Shown: piece after piece, positions 57,192-64,000 of the stretch
Layout of the letters: each line of letters starts with the position of its first letter
How positions within the stretch are numbered: the stretch's first letter is position 1
IMG/VR virus record: IMGVR_UViG_3300042460_000724
Location: 32,001-96,000 of that record
DNA: 64,000 bases
Strand: one strand, 5' to 3'
Source of the DNA: a virus
Notes under the pieces: model-generated
What the model was told of the DNA's origin: nothing
Databases searched by the model: none
The model's input: the letters and a program-made list of their open reading frames with translations, nothing else
Position numbers and translations under genes: made by a program

Positions 57192-60100
57192 TTAATAGAT
57201 CGGGAATGCAGTTGTTGGTGGGGTAAAGTTTGCAGTATATCGTGCATAACCTTTTGTTATTCTGAAATCATCCATATAACCATAGAAAGGTCCCCAAGAG
57301 CCTCCCGTAAAAGCATATCCAATATCAAGTTTTGAAGCTGTCAAATTAGTTGAATCCGTGCCTGAAGATTTTGAAATCCCGTCATAATAAAAGTTTACTG
57401 CAGTTCCATTGCGTACTATTGCAATGTGATGCCATCCGTTTATTTCTACTGCTTGTCCTGCATTGGCACCGCCGGCCGAACCGCAAGTAAATGCATAATT
57501 ACCATTATATTGAATCAATGATACCCCATCAGCCGGTGACCAGCCCTCACCAAAAGAAAATATATACCTACTAGCAGTATCTAACGGGTATATCCAAAAT
57601 TCAATAGTAAGATTCCCGGTACCAAATGGCTGTATAATAGGTGTCTGAATCTGGTCATTAGTGCCATCAAAACTCATACTACTTCCGCCAAATTTACTTA
57701 CTGCGGTACTTAATTTTGCACCATCTATGGTTTCCATTGTAGTCATCATTGCGGCATCGTAGACACCAGCACTTGTTCCATTAATTAACCAACTTGTATT
57801 TTGTATTGCTGTTAATGGTTGTGATGGTGGTACAAAGTTGCTTGTATATAAGGCAGTACCAGCAATCATACGAGTATCAGTTATGTATCCATTTACACCA
57901 TCTGAACGAGCACCTCCCCCACCAAACAATATTCCCTGTGTAAATGGTTTTAATCCAGATTGAATTGCAGAACCATATGTAGTTGAACCAATTTGAACAC
58001 CATTAATGAAAAGCCTAATAGTATTTCCACTACGTGTTGCGGCAAAATGATACCATTGACTCGCAGTAAAAGTGTATGCTGTTTCAATTGCCCATATTGT
58101 AGTTACAGTAGATGATTCGGCGAATCGCACAGTGGTGTTACTCGAAACTCGCAATTCAACATAGGGCGTGTTACCACCTGTGTTATTACCTAATCCAAAA
58201 ATCCAGTTACTAGAACCAAAAGAATTAAAGTATACCCAAGCTTCCATTGTCCAATTGGTTGTTGTTCCAGCTATAGGTGATGCTATGTTACTATAAATTA
58301 TGCCAGTATTATCTGAATTAGTAGAACCACCAATTGTACTTACTGTATAACCCTGTGTAGTTGCACTAGTAAAACCGAATGGGTTTTGTATTGTTGGCTG
58401 ACTATTACCAGCTGTAGTAATAGGGAAATTATTTGTACTGTTATCTATAAATGTTGGTGATTGACATGTCAATAAACTTGTACCAGATATTGCCGTCAAT
58501 GGACTTGTGGGGGGTGTAAAGATAGTTGTACCTGTTGTAGTACTAGCAGTAACATAACCTGCAACTACAGATCCTCTAACAACACGCATATTAGACAGAT
58601 AACCTATAGGGCCGCCGCCTTCACTAAATACACGCCAGGCTGTACTTGATGCAAAATTTGTACCACCTAAAGCAGAATATGCTCGAAGTACACCATTAAC
58701 AAACAATCTCATTGCAGATCCACTACGAGTAACACACAAGTGTAACCATTGATTTGTTAAAGCTGATATATTATATGATACGATTATTGCTCCGCCGTTA
58801 CTAGCAACACCAAAAGTACCACTGTCTGAATAAATTTGAAAGCCACTTGCCGTATTAGCTTCAAATATTCTAGGATATTGACCTCCTAAATTAGTAAAAT
58901 ACCACCAACTTTCCCAAGTAAAATCTTGTGTACCTTCTGGTCCAGCCGCACCTGTAATATTTAACACATCTCCCGTACCATCAAAATAACCACTATAACT
59001 TGTTGGGGTCAATGATGATGGATTGAATGGACTAAATCGTTGTACACTTGTATCACCAACTTTTGTAATAGTGTAGTTGTTTATACTGTCATCAATAAAA
59101 CGACTGTCAGCACAGGTTAATAAACTGGTGTTTGTTATCGGTGTTAGTGGAGTTGTAGATGGAGTGAACGCTGAGGTATATACTGCGGTACCCTTAACAA
59201 TCCTAGCATTGCTAATGTACCCTGTCCAATCTTGAATAACAGATCCGTTGTATGTTAGTGAACCAATTTGTACTTTTGCAAAAGTTTGTATGGTTCCACT
59301 ATATGCAACTGAGCCCTGTAACACCCCATCTAAGTACAAATAAATGTTATTACCATTTCTAACTGTAGCAATATGATGCCACACGTTTGATGTTAGTAAT
59401 GTTGTTCCTGCAACAGACCACGGCACTGACGATTGTGTCCCTTCTTCTGCAAACACATATCCTGTACCAGTTTTTGTTCCGAATTGAAGATATGGGTAAC
59501 CGGAGTTATTACAGAAAGTTAAAAAGTTTCTATACCCACTTGTTAGACTAGAGCCGGTATACATTACCCATGCTTCTACAGTCCAACTTCCACTACCCAA
59601 ATCTAGTGGGCCACTGGCTGTAATTGGAGTAGTCAAGTAATCACCGGTACCATCAAAGTAGTTACTCCAGTTACCACCGTATGGTGAGAATGTACCTTGA
59701 GTAGCTTTACCGACATAAGTGACAGGAAAATTGTTTGTACTATTATCTAAGAATACATTATTGTTTACTGATTGATTGTTTTGTAATGTTAATAAACTTG
59801 TACCACTAATCGCTGTTAATGGTGCTGTGGGCGGGGTGAAGTTAGCTGTATAAACTGCGGTACCTACTACTAATCTAGCATCAGAGATGTATCCATTAGC
59901 GTAAAAACCATTATAATCAGTATAATATCTACCCATAACTGCTACAGTATTAACTGCGGTGTTATTAACTGATCCTATAGATCCTACACTAACACCATTC
60001 TTATATAAAGTAAGAGTGTTACCACTTCGTACACCCGCCACATGAATCCAAACATTGGTTGTCAATGCGACACTATCATATATGTCAAAGGCTGCGCCAT

Positions 60101-62054
60101 CAGTTCCTAATCTAAATTGCAATGTTCCCTGAAATGTTCCTATAAACATTCCAGAAGTAGAAGAGCCTTGTGTACTAACAAAACCTGCTGATAAACTACT
60201 TGCGGTAACATAAACCCATGCTTCTATTGTAAAATTTCCACTAGCAGTTAACGCGGCACTACTAGGAGTATTCAAATAATCCCCAGTACCATCAAAGTAT
60301 CCACTACCATATGTACTATAACTACTATTTGGTACAAAGGGGTCAAAAGAACTAATTGATGTATTACCCGCAACTGCCAATGTAAGGTTGTTTGTGCTGT
60401 TGTCAATAAACCTATTAGATTGGCAAGTAAGAAGTGATGTTCCAGATACTGCTGTCAATGGCGTGGTGCTTGGAGTAAAACTAGATGTGTAAAGAGCCGT
60501 ACCTTTTACCAATCGCAAATTGCTGATGTTTCCATTAAAGTAAAAAGTGTCTGTGCGATTTGCACCAACAGCAACTGGATAACTTGTGCTTGTTGCACCC
60601 CATGAAGTTGAGTAAGAAGCTGTAGCGACCTGAGCTCCATTGACGAACATATATAGAGTGTCATTGTCTCTAACACACGCAATGTGATACCAAGCTCCAA
60701 TAGCCCAAGTTTGTGATGTACTAAGAATTGTAGTACCAGATCCAGTTGCTTGCCATAATAAAGTAGAGCTAGTAACAATAAATCTGAAAGGCTGACACTC
60801 ATTGATGCTTAATAAAGTATGGTTTCCAGAAAGAGTACTTGCAGAAAACCAACATTCAAAAGTTAATGTTTTTGTTGATGAGAAATCAAATGCTGATGCG
60901 CCGGCCGATGTAGAAAGATAATCCCCGCTGCCATCAAAGTAATTACTATAATATCCAGGCGTATACGGATTAAAATTATTTGGCTTTGTATCACCATTAA
61001 TTGTTACCGCAAAATTATTTGTACTAGCATCATCTACAAATGTTGTACTTGCTCCCGGTATCAATAATGTATTGTACTCAAAGAATATATCATTCGATAC
61101 ACCTATAACCCAATTGATAGTTATAGATGATAACTCACTTGTTGTATTAGCAGTAGCTGTTAATAACGAACTACTATTTGCTTCTACCGTTGGTGTTCCT
61201 GATATGTTTGCACCAGTTAAACTCAATCCAGTTGGTAACGCATTAGCAGTATATGTAATCCCTGAGCCAACAGCACTAGTTGCGCTTAGTGTTACATTGG
61301 ATATAGCACTATTAGTTGTACTAGTATAAGTTGTTCCATTGGCTGGACTAGCCCATGTTACTACATCAGGATTAATAGTTAAACTAAAACTACGATTTGT
61401 ATCTTGTAATTCAGCATCTGTTGCTCTAACAGTAAATGTATATGTAGTTGGGCTAGATAATAATTGACTTGTACCAGTAATTGTTCCATTACTGTTAAAA
61501 GTTGCTCCAGGTGGTATTGAACCACTAAACAAACTATATGTTATTGGAACGTCACCGGTAGCAGTAACTGATTGATTAAAACTTGCTGTTTCGTATACAT
61601 TTCCTAAACTACCGGCAGCAGTTGTCCAATTTGGTGTACCACTATATTGTATACCCGGGATAGCAATTGCTGTTCCACCATCAGTGTTTATCACATACAA
61701 TACATAACTACCTGTAGCATTAGCAGGACTTGTAAATGTAATAGTTGTAGAACTTACAACTGATACTACACCCACTGCACTGCCGTTAATCAATACACTT
61801 GCACCGGCAAGAAATCCACTGCCTGTTAGTGTAATAGTTTGTCCACCTGCAGGATCGGCTGCGGTGTCATCACCTGGATAAGTAATAGTAGATACTTTTG
61901 GAGTGACAATTGTTGCTCCGGTAACTGTAGTATTACCTAAGACTAAATCATTTTGTATGTATACATCATCAAACTGATTAGTTGCATTACCTAAACTTGT
62001 GTTTGCCGGGGGGTTAAAGATATTTTGATTTTTTACCTGATAATAATCTGCCAT
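57192..62054 (-). CDS. IPT/TIG + Ig-like + six LamG domains; paralog of 39549..44195
   Basis: Same domain order and linkers, shared C-terminus 'RITKGYARYT.NFTPPT.AFPIY'. Confidence 0.82.
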   Translation of the reverse strand: MADYYQVKNQNIFNPPANTSLGNATNQFDDVYIQNDLVLGNTTVTGATIVTPKVSTITYPGDDTAADPAGGQTITLTGSGFLAGASVLINGSAVGVVSVVSSTTITFTSPANATGSYVLYVINTDGGTAIAIPGIQYSGTPNWTTAAGSLGNVYETASFNQSVTATGDVPITYSLFSGSIPPGATFNSNGTITGTSQLLSSPTTYTFTVRATDAELQDTNRSFSLTINPDVVTWASPANGTTYTSTTNSAISNVTLSATSAVGSGITYTANALPTGLSLTGANISGTPTVEANSSSLLTATANTTSELSSITINWVIGVSNDIFFEYNTLLIPGASTTFVDDASTNNFAVTINGDTKPNNFNPYTPGYYSNYFDGSGDYLSTSAGASAFDFSSTKTLTFECWFSASTLSGNHTLLSINECQPFRFIVTSSTLLWQATGSGTTILSTSQTWAIGAWYHIACVRDNDTLYMFVNGAQVATASYSTSWGATSTSYPVAVGANRTDTFYFNGNISNLRLVKGTALYTSSFTPSTTPLTAVSGTSLLTCQSNRFIDNSTNNLTLAVAGNTSISSFDPFVPNSSYSTYGSGYFDGTGDYLNTPSSAALTASGNFTIEAWVYVTASSLSAGFVSTQGSSTSGMFIGTFQGTLQFRLGTDGAAFDIYDSVALTTNVWIHVAGVRSGNTLTLYKNGVSVGSIGSVNNTAVNTVAVMGRYYTDYNGFYANGYISDARLVVGTAVYTANFTPPTAPLTAISGTSLLTLQNNQSVNNNVFLDNSTNNFPVTYVGKATQGTFSPYGGNWSNYFDGTGDYLTTPITASGPLDLGSGSWTVEAWVMYTGSSLTSGYRNFLTFCNNSGYPYLQFGTKTGTGYVFAEEGTQSSVPWSVAGTTLLTSNVWHHIATVRNGNNIYLYLDGVLQGSVAYSGTIQTFAKVQIGSLTYNGSVIQDWTGYISNARIVKGTAVYTSAFTPSTTPLTPITNTSLLTCADSRFIDDSINNYTITKVGDTSVQRFSPFNPSSLTPTSYSGYFDGTGDVLNITGAAGPEGTQDFTWESWWYFTNLGGQYPRIFEANTASGFQIYSDSGTFGVASNGGAIIVSYNISALTNQWLHLCVTRSGSAMRLFVNGVLRAYSALGGTNFASSTAWRVFSEGGGPIGYLSNMRVVRGSVVAGYVTASTTTGTTIFTPPTSPLTAISGTSLLTCQSPTFIDNSTNNFPITTAGNSQPTIQNPFGFTSATTQGYTVSTIGGSTNSDNTGIIYSNIASPIAGTTTNWTMEAWVYFNSFGSSNWIFGLGNNTGGNTPYVELRVSSNTTVRFAESSTVTTIWAIETAYTFTASQWYHFAATRSGNTIRLFINGVQIGSTTYGSAIQSGLKPFTQGILFGGGGARSDGVNGYITDTRMIAGTALYTSNFVPPSQPLTAIQNTSWLINGTSAGVYDAAMMTTMETIDGAKLSTAVSKFGGSSMSFDGTNDQIQTPIIQPFGTGNLTIEFWIYPLDTASRYIFSFGEGWSPADGVSLIQYNGNYAFTCGSAGGANAGQAVEINGWHHIAIVRNGTAVNFYYDGISKSSGTDSTNLTASKLDIGYAFTGGSWGPFYGYMDDFRITKGYARYTANFTPPTTAFPIY

Positions 62055-62064
62055 TTTCTATACC

Positions 62065-63102
62065 TTAAACGTTTGTTAATATCCAACCTTGGGCAGCATT
62101 ATAATATACTAATGTAAATGCTGAACGGTTTGTTGTTACTGTCATATCTGATGCTGTTCCTTGAATGTTGCCACCATTTCTTCCAACTGTAATTGCGTGT
62201 ACATTTGCATTACCAGTACCATCAATGATACCAACTTCAGTACCCAATGAAGGACTACTTGGAAGTGTAATTGTTATGTTAGAAGTATCTGTGTTAACTA
62301 TATATTTTGTGTTTGCTGTTGCAGATGTATTTGCGGTAACATCTACATAAGTGTATCCGCCGCTTCCACCACCGCCGCTTCCTAAATTAAATGTCATTAC
62401 CTCAATAGATGCGCCATTAGCCGGTGCACTACTTAATGTGACATTTGCTCCAGAAACAGTATATGCTGAATGTAATTGACTTACGCCGTCAACGTTAATA
62501 ATTGTATAATTTTCTGATGTTGGTGCGTTTGTTAAAGTAAAGACTGTTTGAACACCATTGCCGGCAAAGGTGTCAAGTACTATATTAGATCCGGCTGTTG
62601 ATGCTAATATCCAACTTAAATTGCCAGAACCGTCAGTGCTTAATATATATCCGTTTGCACCGCCCGCAATATGCAGATTGCCCACAGCACCTAAAGTTAC
62701 ATTTGCACCACTTAGGGATACATTACCTGTTATGTTTGCTGTACCGGATATATTTGCGCCAGTACCGGTAATAGTCATTACATTGGCATTACCAACTGCA
62801 CTAAATGTGATATTTCCGTTTGCTGTAGCAATATTTACATTACTATTACCATTACTGATATTGCTTGTTGAGCCTCCTCCGGACTGTGCAGTCCAAGATA
62901 AGTTACCCAATCCATCAGTGCTCAGTACATATGTGTTAGAGCCACCGGTAATCTTTATATTACCAACTGCACCTAAATTCGCTGAATTTGTGACACTAAT
63001 ATTTCCAAGGAAGTAATTTGCCTGTACGTTTGCATTGGCCGAGTGCAATGATATATTGCCGGTCGTGAGGCCGTTCTTTACGTTAAAATATTTAAATGAC
63101 AC
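62065..63102 (-). CDS. Short fibre shaft/adaptor
   Basis: GTG start; shaft repeats, 'FAGNGVQTVFTL' domain, C-terminal 'ITLPSSPSLG...TLVY...QGW' T4-like fibre domain. Confidence 0.72.
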   Translation of the reverse strand: MSFKYFNVKNGLTTGNISLHSANANVQANYFLGNISVTNSANLGAVGNIKITGGSNTYVLSTDGLGNLSWTAQSGGGSTSNISNGNSNVNIATANGNITFSAVGNANVMTITGTGANISGTANITGNVSLSGANVTLGAVGNLHIAGGANGYILSTDGSGNLSWILASTAGSNIVLDTFAGNGVQTVFTLTNAPTSENYTIINVDGVSQLHSAYTVSGANVTLSSAPANGASIEVMTFNLGSGGGGSGGYTYVDVTANTSATANTKYIVNTDTSNITITLPSSPSLGTEVGIIDGTGNANVHAITVGRNGGNIQGTASDMTVTTNRSAFTLVYYNAAQGWILTNV

Positions 63103-63134
63103 AGTTCCATATTCCCTGTTTACGAATTATACTA

Positions 63135-63161
63135 TATTTATCCCCCGATTAAAGGGGATAA
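63135..63161 (-). terminator. Hairpin ttatcccc-8nt-ggggataa overlapping ATAAATA promoter motif
   Basis: Stem 63138-63145/63154-63161 right after the stop at 63168; ATAAATA at 63135-63141. Confidence 0.55.
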
Positions 63162-63167
63162 TTTTCA

Positions 63168-64000
63168 TTAAGTGTTAATGTAAGTACTTACCATATTTAC
63201 TTTTAAGTTAGCACTAGTTCCAGATGCATACAATGATACATTTCCAGATACTCCATTAATATTACTTGATAGTTCAATGATATCAGAAGTAACATTACTA
63301 CAAATACTACCATAAATTGTTATATAAGCTGTAGTACCATCATGTATCAATAATGTTTCAACAGATTGGTATCCATCATCACCTGACGCACTGATAATAT
63401 ACTTTGCTGTTCTAAATGTGCTTGGGGAGAACTGATCTACAACTGTGTTTGAAGTTACTGATACATTACTACGATTACTTGTTAAACCACCGTTGTACGC
63501 AACATAATTAGCTGTTACATTACCACTTACAGCTAAACTTGTCAATGTACCAACACTAGTAATATTTGGCTGTGCCGCTGTTGTTACCGTACCTGCTTTA
63601 CCTGCAGTTTCTACGTTTAAGTTAGCAACTTGTGTAGTAGATGTTACAGTAAACGGTGCAGTACCTGTCGTTACGTTAGAAGTTAATGTAGTGGTAGTAA
63701 TATTACCTGACGCAAACAAGAATTCTGTACCCAAATTACCTGTATTTGCATTACCGGTAGCATTTAATGTACCTGCTATATTTGCACCAGTCGAGGTAAC
63801 TACTAATGTAGTATTTCCACCCGATACAGTATTAACATTGCCATTTGCAGTTGGAATACTTACATTACTTGTACCATTAGCTATCGAAGATGTATCGACA
63901 TTGGCCCAAGATAATGTTCCAGATCCATTTGTTTGTAGATATTGTCCATTAGAACCGCCTGTGATATGTACATTAGCTACTGGACCTAATGCAACATTAC
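63168..64000 (-). CDS. Fibre protein, 3' part (runs off window)
   Basis: Frame is open from the window edge through the TTG at 63734; shaft repeats and C-terminal 'VDQFSPSTFRTAKYII' domain. Confidence 0.8.
   Translation of the reverse strand, partial: NVALGPVANVHITGGSNGQYLQTNGSGTLSWANVDTSSIANGTSNVSIPTANGNVNTVSGGNTTLVVTSTGANIAGTLNATGNANTGNLGTEFLFASGNITTTTLTSNVTTGTAPFTVTSTTQVANLNVETAGKAGTVTTAAQPNITSVGTLTSLAVSGNVTANYVAYNGGLTSNRSNVSVTSNTVVDQFSPSTFRTAKYIISASGDDGYQSVETLLIHDGTTAYITIYGSICSNVTSDIIELSSNINGVSGNVSLYASGTSANLKVNMVSTYINT

Noticed and set aside
39549-62054. Diversity-generating retroelement TR/VR pair
   Set aside because: Both copies are coding, mismatches inspected are not adenine-specific, and no reverse transcriptase is in the window.
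23340-63016. Many long plus-strand ORFs (e.g. 44454..45329, 47178..47966, 55882..56589)
   Set aside because: Antisense shadows of repetitive Gly/Asn/Thr/Ala codons; no RBS or recognisable motifs.
1-64000. Stop-codon reassignment; tRNA or rRNA genes
   Set aside because: Genes are full length under code 11, and gaps are short with no cloverleaf seen.

Overview
AT-rich, densely coding segment of a large T4-like (myovirus/jumbo-type) phage. It is almost entirely on the minus strand, with TATAAATA/TAAATA late-promoter motifs in most intergenic gaps. Read 64000->1 it holds: (i) a ~41 kb virion adhesion region of Asn/Gly/Thr-rich fibre shafts, small adaptors, two paralogous six-LamG lectin proteins, two glycine-rich adhesins, an S74-chaperoned fibre and a 4384-aa RCC1/BLIP-II repeat protein; (ii) a glycosylation block (four glycosyltransferase-like proteins, SAM methyltransferases, UDP-galactopyranose mutase, a heptose-nucleotide pathway); (iii) nrdA-nrdB-glutaredoxin, a PAAR spike tip, structural hypotheticals and a SleB-type hydrolase; (iv) a free-standing HNH endonuclease, a frameshifted iscU and an ahpC-ahpD pair. 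The main new observation: the 84 repeats of the 4384-aa protein parse, using distinct entry and exit linker motifs that pair like parentheses, into exactly twelve 7-blade propellers nested up to four levels deep. This predicts a single-chain branched 'tree' protein rather than a linear string of domains. All annotations come from motif recognition and hand counting; no searches were run.
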